DNA from: an uncultured Gemmatimonadales bacterium
GTDB taxonomy: Bacteria > Gemmatimonadota > Gemmatimonadetes > Longimicrobiales > RSA9
Direction: 5' to 3'
Assembly: GCA_963798085.1 (NCBI GenBank)
Contig: CAWCRS010000007.1
Span: 1,184,001-1,248,000, forward strand
DNA: 64,000 nt
In this document: positions 44,507 to 53,905 of the stretch, one piece after another
Position numbering within the stretch: position 1 is the stretch's first letter
Layout: the number at the start of each line of letters is the position of its first letter
Notes under the pieces: model-generated
What the model was told of the DNA's origin: nothing
Seen by the model: the letters and a program-made list of their open reading frames with translations, nothing else
The model's database searches: none
Program-made: the position numbers and the translations under genes

Positions 44507-45396
44507 GCGAACGCGTCGTTATCGTCGGCCCGGGTCGCATGGGCCTGGCGCTGGGCGCCGCGCTGCGGCAGAGCGGTGAGACGGAACGGCTGATCTTCTA
44601 CGGCCGGTCTCTCGAGCCGCCGCCTCATCCCATGTTCGAGCCGACCCAGCCGGGCGGTCGCGATGACGACGCGTCCGTGGAGTATCGCGGCGGCCTCGTG
44701 CCGTTGCCGCAGGACACGACCGTGCTGCTGCTTGCCGTGCCGGACCGTGCGCTCAGCGAAGTGTCCCACGATCTGGCCGGCGCGGGTCCGGCGCCGCCCG
44801 GATGTGCCGCGCTGCACCTCTCCGGCGCACTCTCCGCCGACGTGCTCAGCGCACTGCACGCGGTGGGTTACGCGATCGGCTCGCTGCACCCGCTGCAGAC
44901 CGTGGCCGATCCCTGGTTTTCAGCGCACCGGCTCACCGGCATCGCGTTCGCGATTTCCGGTGAGCCCGCGGCAATTCTCGCCGCGCGCAGGCTGGTGGAT
45001 GCACTCGATGGCACCCCACTCGTGATTCCGCCCACACTCCGCCCGGTCTACCACGCGGCCGCAGTCATGGCGTCCAACTACGTGGTAGCCGTGGTCGCGG
45101 CAGCCAGCCGGTTGTTGCAGCAGGCAGGCGTTCACGAGGAGGAAGCACTGCGCGCACTGCTGCCGCTGGTGGAAGGCACCATCGACAACCTCAAGCATCT
45201 GGGAATTCCGGCAGCGCTCACCGGTCCGATTGCACGCGGCGATGCAGATACCATTCGCCTGCACCTCGCCCGGTTGTCGCAGGGGGAGCGGCCACTATAT
45301 TCCGCGCTCGGTCAGGAAGTGCTGCGTCTGGCCCGGCTGGCGGGACTGGATGCGCGCAAGGCGGACGAGATCGAGGAGCTTCTCGCACCCTATTGA
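44503..45396 (+). CDS. Rossmann-like + DUF2520 protein (PanG-like oxidoreductase)
   Basis: GPGRMG, LAVPD, HLSG, HPLQT, YHAAAVMASN, LTGPIARGD. Confidence 0.88.
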   Translation: MSERVVIVGPGRMGLALGAALRQSGETERLIFYGRSLEPPPHPMFEPTQPGGRDDDASVEYRGGLVPLPQDTTVLLLAVPDRALSEVSHDLAGAGPAPPGCAALHLSGALSADVLSALHAVGYAIGSLHPLQTVADPWFSAHRLTGIAFAISGEPAAILAARRLVDALDGTPLVIPPTLRPVYHAAAVMASNYVVAVVAAASRLLQQAGVHEEEALRALLPLVEGTIDNLKHLGIPAALTGPIARGDADTIRLHLARLSQGERPLYSALGQEVLRLARLAGLDARKADEIEELLAPY

Positions 45397-46157
45397 TGCG
45401 GCTCCACATCAACATCGACCACGTCGCCACCGTGCGACAGGCTCGCCGTACGGATGAGCCGGATCCGGTGCGTGCGGCCGTACTCGCGGAACTGGGCGGC
45501 GCCGACGGCATCACCGTGCACCTGCGGGAAGACCGCCGGCACATCCAGGATCGCGATGTGCGACTGCTGCTGGAAACCGTGCGTACCGCAGTCAACCTGG
45601 AGCTGGCGGCGGCGCCTGGCATGATCGAGCTGGGCACCCGGCTGCGACCCATGGCGGTGACGCTTGTGCCGGAGCGGCGCGAGGAAATCACGACCGAAGG
45701 CGGATTGAACCTGAAGGATGCGGACGGCCGCGAGCGGGTCGGCGCAGCAATTGCCACCCTGCGCGACGCAGGCATTCGTACCTCGTTGTTCATCGCGCCG
45801 GACGCTGCCGACGTGGATGCTGCGGCTACGCTGGGAGCTGATGCGATCGAGCTGCACACGGGCGCCTTTGCGCATCAGTACAAGGGGGCGATGCTACGTT
45901 CCGCCGAAGGCCGCGACGCCGAGCTGGGCCGGCTGCGGCGCGCGGCGGCCAGTGCACACAGTCAGGGCCTGGCGGTCCACGCCGGTCACGGGCTCACGTA
46001 CGAGAACGTCATGGCACTCGCGCCGCTGGCGGAGATCGAGGAGCTGAACATCGGTCACTCGGTGGTGAGCCGCGCCGTGCTGGTGGGCATGGAGCGCGCC
46101 GTTCGCGAAATGAAGACGATCCTGCTGCGCGCGCGCTCCACTGTGCACGACGGATGA
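45396..46157 (+). CDS. pdxJ: Pyridoxine 5'-phosphate synthase
   Basis: NIDHVATVRQAR, HLREDRRHI, TLVPE, TTEGG, IELHTG, HAGHGL, ELNIGH. Confidence 0.97.
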   Translation: MRLHINIDHVATVRQARRTDEPDPVRAAVLAELGGADGITVHLREDRRHIQDRDVRLLLETVRTAVNLELAAAPGMIELGTRLRPMAVTLVPERREEITTEGGLNLKDADGRERVGAAIATLRDAGIRTSLFIAPDAADVDAAATLGADAIELHTGAFAHQYKGAMLRSAEGRDAELGRLRRAAASAHSQGLAVHAGHGLTYENVMALAPLAEIEELNIGHSVVSRAVLVGMERAVREMKTILLRARSTVHDG

Positions 46158-47164
46158 TGGTGGAAATGGCACTGCACGATCATTATCGCGCCGAAGCTGC
46201 AGACTGCCTCGGCATCATCGAAGCGGCGCCCGTGCGGGCGAGGCGCGAAGCGGCGCTCAACGAGGTGTGGCGCGCGGCGCGCACGCTGGGTGGCATGGCG
46301 AGGCTGGCGGGTGAGCAGCGCGTGGTGCGGGCGGCGCGGGCGCTGGAGGAGGCGGCGCGGCAGCCGACCGGGCTGGGTCTCGATAGCAGCGAGTTAGAAG
46401 CCGAGCTGCGGGTCTCGGCCGCGGACCTGCGCCTGCTGGTGGATGGGGCTGAGCCGCCGGCCGAGCTGGATGCACGTGCCTTGCGCCTGGTCGAGCGCTG
46501 GCACGCCGCCAGTTCCGGCGAGGGAAACCCGGCGCCCGCCCCGCGCAGCGACAATGGCGAATTCCGCGCCTTCGTCGCGCGCGAGGCCGCGGGCATCGTG
46601 GAAATACTCGAGACCGCGGTAGCCGCGTTCAGCGAGGACCCCTCGAATCGCGAGATGCTGGGAGCGACGCTGCGCCGGCAGCGCGCGCTCCTGGGTGCAG
46701 CCCGCCTCAATGAGATCACCGTGGTGGCCGAAACGCTGCACGCGGTGGATGATCTTTCCGAACTCATCGTCCGCCTGGGAGTGCCCATCAAGAGCGAATG
46801 GCTGGACGTGTTCCGCTCCGCCCGCGAAGTGCTGCGCGCCTCTGCGGCTTCGCTGGAGAAAGGCGAATCGCCGTCGCCCACACCGTCGCTCAGCCGGCTG
46901 CGCACGCTGCGCCAGGAACTGGTGGATCGATACGGCAACCGCGAGGTGCCACCCACCGAGGCGCAGGCCGCGGCCGCACGCGAACTGACCGGCGCGTCCG
47001 ACGGCAGCAGCGCCGCGAGTGCGTCCGCTCCCACCGCGCCGGTGTCACCACGCGAGCGCGCAGCCGCGCTGCACGCCACCGTGGTACGCGCACTGGGCGC
47101 GGACCGTGACGGTCGCAATGCTCTGGACGAATTGTACAACCTCCTGCTGCGGAACATGCTGTGA
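46154..47164 (+). CDS. Helical protein with two degenerate Hpt-like domains
   Basis: Overlaps pdxJ stop and next start; WRAARTLGGMARLAG and LRRQRALLGAARL resemble Hpt RxxHxLKGxAxxxG. Confidence 0.7.
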   Translation: MMVEMALHDHYRAEAADCLGIIEAAPVRARREAALNEVWRAARTLGGMARLAGEQRVVRAARALEEAARQPTGLGLDSSELEAELRVSAADLRLLVDGAEPPAELDARALRLVERWHAASSGEGNPAPAPRSDNGEFRAFVAREAAGIVEILETAVAAFSEDPSNREMLGATLRRQRALLGAARLNEITVVAETLHAVDDLSELIVRLGVPIKSEWLDVFRSAREVLRASAASLEKGESPSPTPSLSRLRTLRQELVDRYGNREVPPTEAQAAAARELTGASDGSSAASASAPTAPVSPRERAAALHATVVRALGADRDGRNALDELYNLLLRNML

Positions 47165-48288
47165 GCAGCCGCGGCACGCCCGGCCCGCAGGCGCCGCCGG
47201 GCGAGAAGCGTGAGGCGCGGTCCGCCGCCCGGCCGCTCCTCAACTGGAAGACCGTCATCGGCATCCTCATCAGCGGCGGCGCTCTCTACTTCTCGTTCCG
47301 CGGGCAGGACCTGGGCGAGATTGCCCGGCAGCTGACGCGCGCCGATCCGCTGCTGCTGCTGCTGGCCACCGTCTTCGCGACCTCGGTCTTCTGGATCCGC
47401 GCCTGGCGCTGGCGCGCCATCCTCGATCCGGTTCTGCCGGACACGAGGTTCCGCTCGCGCTTCGCCGCCGTGAACATCGGCTTCATGGGTAACAACCTGT
47501 TACCGGCGCGCGTGGGCGAGTTCGCGCGCGCCTACGCCATTGCCCGCCTGGAGCCCGTGCCCGTGGTGGCCGCCCTCAGCACGCTGGTCATCGAGCGCAT
47601 GCTGGATGCGGTCTCCCTGGTCACGCTGCTGTTCGTGTCCATGGTGCTGCCCGGATTCCCGGCCTGGCCGGACAATGCCAGCATCAACTTCCCGGCGACG
47701 GCCCGGCGCATCGGCATCGGTGTGGGCCTGGGGGCACTGCTGCTGTTTGCACTGGTGCTGTTTCCGCGGCGCACAGTAGGCGTCTTCGAGGCCATTGCTA
47801 ATCGTGTGTTGCCCAGCTCCATGCGCCGTCCGGTCATCGACGCGCTGGAGGCGTTTCTGTCCGGCGTCGGCATTCTGCGCAACGTCCGCCTGATGGGCGA
47901 AGCGGTGCTCTGGAGCCTGGTACTCTGGCTGGTCAACTCGCTGGGCTTCTGGGTGGCGTTCCGCGCCTTCGGTCTGCCGCTCTCCCTCACCGCCGCCATC
48001 TTCTTCCAGTCCTGCCTCGCCTTCGTCGTGTCGGTGCCCGCTGCGCCCGGATTCTGGGGCACGTACGAGTGGTCCGCGAAGCTGGTCCTGGTGGATCTCT
48101 GGGGACAGGATGCCTCCCGCTCCCTCGCCTGTGCCGTCGGCTTCCACATCACCGGCTTTCTGCCGGTCACGCTCATGGGCCTCTACTACGCGTGGAAACT
48201 CGGCCTCTCACTCAAGGGCGTGGCGCGCACTGAAGTTGCTGTGGAGCAGGCTGTGGAGCAGGCGACGACGCCACCCGCGGCATCCTGA
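47161..48288 (+). CDS. Lysylphosphatidylglycerol synthase TM-domain (flippase-like) protein
   Basis: RAWRW, GFMGNNLLPARVGEFAR, ERMLD, PAAPGFWGTYE. Confidence 0.9.
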   Translation: MSSRGTPGPQAPPGEKREARSAARPLLNWKTVIGILISGGALYFSFRGQDLGEIARQLTRADPLLLLLATVFATSVFWIRAWRWRAILDPVLPDTRFRSRFAAVNIGFMGNNLLPARVGEFARAYAIARLEPVPVVAALSTLVIERMLDAVSLVTLLFVSMVLPGFPAWPDNASINFPATARRIGIGVGLGALLLFALVLFPRRTVGVFEAIANRVLPSSMRRPVIDALEAFLSGVGILRNVRLMGEAVLWSLVLWLVNSLGFWVAFRAFGLPLSLTAAIFFQSCLAFVVSVPAAPGFWGTYEWSAKLVLVDLWGQDASRSLACAVGFHITGFLPVTLMGLYYAWKLGLSLKGVARTEVAVEQAVEQATTPPAAS

Positions 48289-48290
48289 GC

Positions 48291-49190
48291 ATGGCCGGCT
48301 ACTCCGCGTACGCCAAGATCAATCTCTTCCTGCACGTGCTGGCTCGTGAGGCCAGCGGCTTCCATCAGATCGAAACGCTGTTCTGCGCGCTGGAACTGGC
48401 CAATGAAATCGAAGTGGTCGCCCGGACCGGTGGGCTGGTTCTCAATGTCGAGGGCGAGGATCTCGGACCCGCGGAACAGAACCTGGTATGGCGCGCAGCC
48501 GTGACTTTCTATGCGCGGCTGGGCCGATTGCCCGGCGCGCACATCCGGCTGCGCAAACGCATTCCCGTTGGCGCGGGACTGGGTGGCGGTTCCAGTGATG
48601 CGGCGACGACGCTGTTTGCATTGAACGAGCTGCATCGCCGGCCGTTCGCCAGGAATGCACTGCTGGACATGGGGGCCAGGCTGGGAAGCAATGTGCCGTT
48701 CTTCGTGAGCCGGGCCGCGCTCGCCCTCGCATGGGGCCGAGGCGAACGACTGCTGTGTCTGCCCGCACTCGACAGCGCACCGGTGGTGCTTGCGATACCG
48801 CCGCAACGGATACTCACCGCAGAGGCCTACCGCGGGCTGGCACAGCGACGCGCTGGCGCGCGGCGGAACGGCATCGTTGCGCGCCGCTTCTCGGCGGGCG
48901 AGCTGCTGGAGTGGCGCGAGGTGGCCGCACTCGCGGGTAACGACTTCGAAGCGGTTGCCTGTGGCGAAATTCCCGCCGTGCAGGCTGCCCTCGACACACT
49001 CCGCTCCAGCGGCGCGGAGTGCGCGCAGCTCACCGGGAGTGGCTCCGCGGTGTTCGGCGTGTTCGAGGACAGGGAGACTGCAGCGGGCGCGCAGGCTGCG
49101 CTGCAGGCTGCGCTCCCCGCGCTGACGGTTCTGCTCACACGCACGTTGTCGCGGGCTGACGCCGTTGATCCGGTTTCCAGCGGGCGGTAA
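48291..49190 (+). CDS. ispE: 4-diphosphocytidyl-2-C-methyl-D-erythritol kinase
   Basis: AKINLFL, GFHQIET, KRIPVGAGLGGGSSDAA, GRGE, NDFE, TGSGSAVF. Confidence 0.95.
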   Translation: MAGYSAYAKINLFLHVLAREASGFHQIETLFCALELANEIEVVARTGGLVLNVEGEDLGPAEQNLVWRAAVTFYARLGRLPGAHIRLRKRIPVGAGLGGGSSDAATTLFALNELHRRPFARNALLDMGARLGSNVPFFVSRAALALAWGRGERLLCLPALDSAPVVLAIPPQRILTAEAYRGLAQRRAGARRNGIVARRFSAGELLEWREVAALAGNDFEAVACGEIPAVQAALDTLRSSGAECAQLTGSGSAVFGVFEDRETAAGAQAALQAALPALTVLLTRTLSRADAVDPVSSGR

Positions 49191-49202
49191 CTTCGAGACT
49201 CC

Positions 49203-49273
49203 TCCCGGGTCGTCTAATGGCAGGACTGAGGACTTTGGATCCTCCAGTGGTGGTTCGAATCCACCCCCGGGAA
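49203..49273 (+). tRNA. tRNA-Gln(TTG)
   Basis: Acceptor TCCCGGG/CCCGGGA, anticodon arm GAGGA-CTTTGGA-TCCTC, T arm GGTGG-TTCGAAT-CCACC; usual position after ispE; followed by A-TCCA so CCA is not in register. Confidence 0.95.
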
Positions 49274-49576
49274 TCCACCGTCTGACCCGCAACACCGCAG
49301 CGGTCCAATTCTCTCCTCAGCCCGGCCTGCGCGAAACCCCGCAAGCGCCCGTCCGGCGTGAACCAATGGGATGGGTCTCACCGATCGCAACCACGCCCTG
49401 AACGCACCCGGTGATTGGCGCTGCGGGGTGACGTTACGGTTTCGGTTCCCTGCCCGCATCGAAGCGTGACGTGTCCGGGACGTGACAGCGCGCACTTTCC
49501 TGATGGCTGGTCGATTCGTTGTCACACCCCGGAGCCAGATTCCTGCCGTATGAAAACGCCAATGCGAGAGGCAGCG

Positions 49577-49795
49577 ATGATGCCGCCCACGACGGAACTC
49601 CTGCACCGCCGCATCGTACAGCTTTCCGGTGAAGTGGCGTGCAGCCTCGAGGAGTTGACAACCCTGCTGGAGGCGCACGCGCAGACGCGCACCTCGGTGC
49701 ACACGCAGTGTCCCCTGTGCATGCTGCGGGACGATCTGGCTGCAGTGCGGACGAGGGTGGCGCGCGCCGCGAGTCTGGAGGAGCAGTTCGGCTGA
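49577..49795 (+). CDS. Small hypothetical protein with CxxC
   Basis: GAGG RBS; helical sequence with H...HTQCPLC; TGATG coupling to next gene; start uncertain (49550/49577/49580). Confidence 0.6.
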   Translation: MMPPTTELLHRRIVQLSGEVACSLEELTTLLEAHAQTRTSVHTQCPLCMLRDDLAAVRTRVARAASLEEQFG

Positions 49796-51054
49796 TGCGC
49801 CCGATCGCTGTGCCCCCGCCGCTGGGGGCGGCCGGCCGCACGCAGGTGCGGTCGGCGTCGTCCGTGCTGAGCCCGGCGGATGCCGTTACCGGTATCGCGT
49901 TTCTGGTTTTCTATGCCGCGCTGGCCAGCTGGCTGCTGGTACGGCCCGGCACGGTGGTGGCGCTCGGTCATAACGTCGTGTTTGGCACGGATACGGCCGA
50001 CCGCCTGGCGCTGCTCACGCAGCCCGGAGCGCCGCGCCCGCTGCCCATGCTGCTGATGCACCCGGCGCTGTTCCATGTATGGCGCCCGCTGGCCCTCCTG
50101 CTCACGCGACTGTTCGCGCACTTCATGAGTACAGGCGCCGCCCGACTGCGCGCAGTCGAGCTGATCGTGCTGGTGCCCATGACGCTGGGCGCCTGGAGCA
50201 TGCTGCAGCTGGGCCGGCGCTTCGAGGCGCCTCGCCTGCCGCTCGCGATGCTGCTGCTCGTGTACCTGGGCTTCACTGTGAATGCCGTGGCCGTCATGCC
50301 CGAGCACTGGGGCATCTCCATGGGGCTGTTCCCGGTGATCCTCTGGCTGTACACGGGCCCGCGCACCCTGGCGCGCACGGCCTGGCTGGTCTTCAGCTGC
50401 CTGCTGCTGGCGGCCACCACCATCACAAACAGCGTGTTTGGGGGCGCCGTGGTTCTGCTGCTGGTGCTGGAACGGCGACCGCTGCGCTGGCTGGTGCCCC
50501 GGGTACTGCTGGCGGCAGTCATCACACTGCCCATCGCGCGACATCTGGCCGGCACGCTGCGCTACTCGCGCAATGTGCGCTCCTTCTGGAACATGAGGCT
50601 GGTACATCAGCCGCTGGCCGCGCTGAGCGCCATGCTCTTCGGCGTGGTGGCGCCCGCCGTGGGCCCGCTGCCCCGGGTAGCCCCGGAGCGCGATCACCTG
50701 ACGCTCACCTACATGCCGCTCACCTGGCACGGATACTCCTGGCTGCAGGCGGTGGGCGGCGCCGCATGGCTGGTGCTGCTGGGTGTCGCGGCCTGGCGCG
50801 CGCTGTCGGGAGCACAGACGCGGAGCATCGCGCTGCTGCTCGTCGGCTGGGTGTTGGGCAACCTGATTCTGCACAACTTGTGGGGCGACGAGTTCTTCCT
50901 CTACTCGCCGCACTGGGCCTGGGCGCTCATGGCGCTTGCCGTGTTGGGGGCACGTCGGCTCGACGGGCGTTTCGTGGCCGCCGCCGCGATCCTCACGCTG
51001 AGCGCCGAGTGCCTGACGCTCTGGCAGATCGGCAGCCTGCTGCACGGGTTCTGA
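49795..51054 (+). CDS. Multi-pass membrane protein, DUF6080-like (possible GT-C fold)
   Basis: About 10 TM helices; NVVFGTD, HPALF, MPEHW, LHNLWGDEFFLYSPHW; family from recalled motifs. Confidence 0.7.
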   Translation: MRPIAVPPPLGAAGRTQVRSASSVLSPADAVTGIAFLVFYAALASWLLVRPGTVVALGHNVVFGTDTADRLALLTQPGAPRPLPMLLMHPALFHVWRPLALLLTRLFAHFMSTGAARLRAVELIVLVPMTLGAWSMLQLGRRFEAPRLPLAMLLLVYLGFTVNAVAVMPEHWGISMGLFPVILWLYTGPRTLARTAWLVFSCLLLAATTITNSVFGGAVVLLLVLERRPLRWLVPRVLLAAVITLPIARHLAGTLRYSRNVRSFWNMRLVHQPLAALSAMLFGVVAPAVGPLPRVAPERDHLTLTYMPLTWHGYSWLQAVGGAAWLVLLGVAAWRALSGAQTRSIALLLVGWVLGNLILHNLWGDEFFLYSPHWAWALMALAVLGARRLDGRFVAAAAILTLSAECLTLWQIGSLLHGF

Positions 51055-51251
51055 ACCGAGCGTGACGCGCATCGTCGCCTGAGCCCCGAGCACTTTGCGA
51101 CCCGCCAAACGCGCAGCGACGTCCGGCGGGTTGCGGCTTGCCCCCTCCCGCAACTTCACACACATTGCGGCAGCCGGTCATCGCGGCGCGTCCCCTGCAG
51201 CCGGCACGATTGCCGTGGCCGGCACTCTCGCGGTGGAGGAAGCAGGCCGTA

Positions 51252-51914
51252 ATGCCAAGACAGCCCCGCTTCTCGACCCGACGTCTTCCCGATTCCATGC
51301 GCAGTCGTCTGGAAGTGGCGACGGCACTAGCCTGGGAAGCGCTCGTCGAAACGCATGCACAGCAGGCATTGTCGTTCGTGCGGCTGCTGCAGGAGCGGGT
51401 GCCCATCGAAGAGGCGCTGCTGCGCTACCTCATGGAAGTCGACCTCGGCGAATCGATGGCCAGCGCGGTGCGCACGCGCGTACTTGCGGACAGCGAACGC
51501 GAGCCGCTGGACGAGCTCGAGACGGATGACGCGGAGCCGTCGCCGGATCGGCTGGAGCTGCATACCGACGGATTCCTGCCCGGGGATGACGCGAATCCGG
51601 ACGGTGGCTGGCGGCGCTTCCGTCCGGACGTGGTCATGCGCGGCTTTCGTGAGCGACAGAAGCGCGATGAGGAGACTGAAGGCTGGATCCGGCTGGCTCT
51701 CGCGCGTGCCGAGGAAGCGGCCATCAGCACGCACGTGGACAATGCCATCACGTTCGCCGCGTTGCTGGAAGAACTGCTGCCCTTCGACCGCGCAGTGCAG
51801 GAGTACCTGGAGGCCGTGGGCCTCTCCGGTGGGCGCGCCCAGGCCGTGCACCAGCGCACCATGGCGCGGCTCGCCGAAGTGCACCTGCCGATTCCGGCAC
51901 CAGCCCGCCACTGA
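51252..51914 (+). CDS. Hypothetical protein with two 61-aa internal repeats
   Basis: GGAGG upstream; ungapped self-alignment with 23/61 identities counted by hand. Confidence 0.8.
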   Translation: MPRQPRFSTRRLPDSMRSRLEVATALAWEALVETHAQQALSFVRLLQERVPIEEALLRYLMEVDLGESMASAVRTRVLADSEREPLDELETDDAEPSPDRLELHTDGFLPGDDANPDGGWRRFRPDVVMRGFRERQKRDEETEGWIRLALARAEEAAISTHVDNAITFAALLEELLPFDRAVQEYLEAVGLSGGRAQAVHQRTMARLAEVHLPIPAPARH

Positions 51915-52037
51915 GCCTGCAGCCGGGCCTCGCCCGGAGGGCAACGCGACTGCCCGTCAATTCCGGACTGGTACGCGCCGTTTCTTGCATGGGCCGGTTT
52001 CCCCGACCGTGTCGCCCCACCGAACCGGGAGCAAGCC

Positions 52038-52853
52038 GTGTTCGCTCGCCTGCGTCACGCCCACTGGCGCGCCCATCGGCCGCAGGAGATTGGCCGCTGC
52101 CGCCTCGAGAGTCGCGACTGGCTCCGCATAACCTGGGCATACGGCGGCCTGCCCGTCAGCCTGCCCATGAGCATTGCCACGCGCGCCGGTCCGTTCCATT
52201 TCGAGGAACGCTCCGATATCGCCACGTGGTGGCAGATTCACTGCCGCGACGCGTACCCCGTCCGCGGTGACGAACAGATCATCGTCGATGCCGGCGCCAA
52301 CATTGGTGCGTTCACACTGTACGCTGCCGCCCACGCTCCCCAGGCCCGCATCGTCGCCATCGAGCCATCAAAGGAGACCTTTGCACGACTGCGCGGGCAC
52401 GTGGCAGGGGCAGGTATCGAGCACCGGTGCGAGCTGATTCACGGTGCGCTCGGCGCGCACGCGGGCAGCACCACGATCGAATCACGCGGCGGCAGCCAGT
52501 TCCGTAGATCCGGCCACGGGGATGAAGTCGTGCGCATGATCGGCCTCGATGAGATCCTCGAACGCGGTCCAGGAGTGGACCTGCTGAAAATGGACATTGA
52601 GGGGGGCGAGTACGATGTCCTGCCCGCGTGCCGCCTGCTGCAGCGGGTGCAGCGCATTGCCATGGAAACGCACCCGCTGAGGAACGGCCGCGACGCGGAC
52701 TGGCTGCTGGACCTGCTGCACCGTGCCGGGTTTGTCTGCACATTCGAGGACCACGGCGAAGGGTACGGCATTGCCGTGTGCGAGCGCAGTCCGCATACGC
52801 CAGCGAAGAAAGTCGTCTCCGGCGCTGCGCCGAATGTCGCCTCTCTCGCCTGA
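52038..52853 (+). CDS. FkbM family methyltransferase
   Basis: IVDAGANIGAF, AIEP, VDLLKMDIEGGE; start uncertain. Confidence 0.9.
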   Translation: MFARLRHAHWRAHRPQEIGRCRLESRDWLRITWAYGGLPVSLPMSIATRAGPFHFEERSDIATWWQIHCRDAYPVRGDEQIIVDAGANIGAFTLYAAAHAPQARIVAIEPSKETFARLRGHVAGAGIEHRCELIHGALGAHAGSTTIESRGGSQFRRSGHGDEVVRMIGLDEILERGPGVDLLKMDIEGGEYDVLPACRLLQRVQRIAMETHPLRNGRDADWLLDLLHRAGFVCTFEDHGEGYGIAVCERSPHTPAKKVVSGAAPNVASLA

Positions 52854-52872
52854 GGGATGCCGTGTCAGCCGG

Positions 52873-52902
52873 TTGACACGACTCCGCAGATCGGGCTAAT
52901 TT
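52873..52902 (+). promoter_or_regulatory. Putative sigma-70 promoter of prs operon
   Basis: TTGACA-N18-TAATTT about 40 nt upstream of prs ATG. Confidence 0.55.
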
Positions 52903-52940
52903 CCCGGGCTGTCAGAGAGTGGCCCACAACCCGGGATCGC

Positions 52941-53891
52941 ATGGCGGAGAATCCGACACCGGCGCCGATGCTGCTGCTGGCGGGCACGGCCAATCCCCCG
53001 CTGGCGCAGGAGATTGCGGACCAGATCGGCATGCCGCTCGGAGACCTGACGGTCCGGCGGTTTCAGGATGGGGAGATCTTCGTGCGCATCAACCAGAATG
53101 CGCGCGGCCGCGATGTCTTCATACTTCAGCCCACACCGCCGCCGGCTGAGACCATTCTCGAGCTGTTGCTGCTGATCGACGCCGCGAAGCGCGCTTCGGC
53201 GGCAAGGGTCACGGCCATTGTGTCGTACTTCGGGTACGCGCGGCAGGACCGCAAGGACCAGCCGCGCGTTGCCATTGGCGCCAAACTGATGGCGAACCTG
53301 ATGGAGGCGGCAGGCGCGGACAAGGTTCTGGGCATCGACTTCCACACGCACCAGATCCAGGGCTTTTTCGACGTGCCGGTGGATCACCTGTACGCTGCGC
53401 CGGTGCTCACGCGCTACTTCAAGACGCTGAGCCTGGAGGAGCCTGTGGTGGTGGCGCCCGATGTGGGTGCGGCGAAGATGGCGAGGGGATTTGCCCGTCG
53501 CCTAAATGCGAGCTTCGCCATCATCGACAAGCGACGTCCCGCACACAACGTTGCGGAAGTGATGCAGGTTGTGGGAGAAGTCGAAGGCCGGCCGTGCATC
53601 ATCGTCGATGACATGATCGACACGGCGGGCACGCTGGAAAGCGTGGTGTACGCCCTGAAGGACCGGGGCGCCACGGACATCTTCGCGGCGGCCACGCACG
53701 CACTGCTGTCGGGACCGGCGGTCGAGCGGCTGTCCAGAGCGCCGCTGCGGGAAGTGGTGGTTACCAATACACTGCACATGGCGACGGCGAAGCGGTTTCC
53801 GAAGCTGCGCATTCTGTCGGTGGCCGAGCTGCTGGCGCGCGCGATCATCTACACGCACTCGAACGAATCGGTAAGTCAGCTGTTCGACTGA
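52941..53891 (+). CDS. prs: Ribose-phosphate pyrophosphokinase
   Basis: FQDGE, YFGYARQDRK, QIQGFFD, APDVG, IDKRR, VDDMIDTAGT. Confidence 0.97.
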   Translation: MAENPTPAPMLLLAGTANPPLAQEIADQIGMPLGDLTVRRFQDGEIFVRINQNARGRDVFILQPTPPPAETILELLLLIDAAKRASAARVTAIVSYFGYARQDRKDQPRVAIGAKLMANLMEAAGADKVLGIDFHTHQIQGFFDVPVDHLYAAPVLTRYFKTLSLEEPVVVAPDVGAAKMARGFARRLNASFAIIDKRRPAHNVAEVMQVVGEVEGRPCIIVDDMIDTAGTLESVVYALKDRGATDIFAAATHALLSGPAVERLSRAPLREVVVTNTLHMATAKRFPKLRILSVAELLARAIIYTHSNESVSQLFD

Positions 53892-53905
53892 AGGAGACAA
53901 AGCGT

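Noticed and set aside
52900..52940. CCCGGG(A) resembling the tRNA-Gln 3' end as an attR site
   Set aside because: Only 6-7 bp of GC-rich match and no integrase; expected by chance
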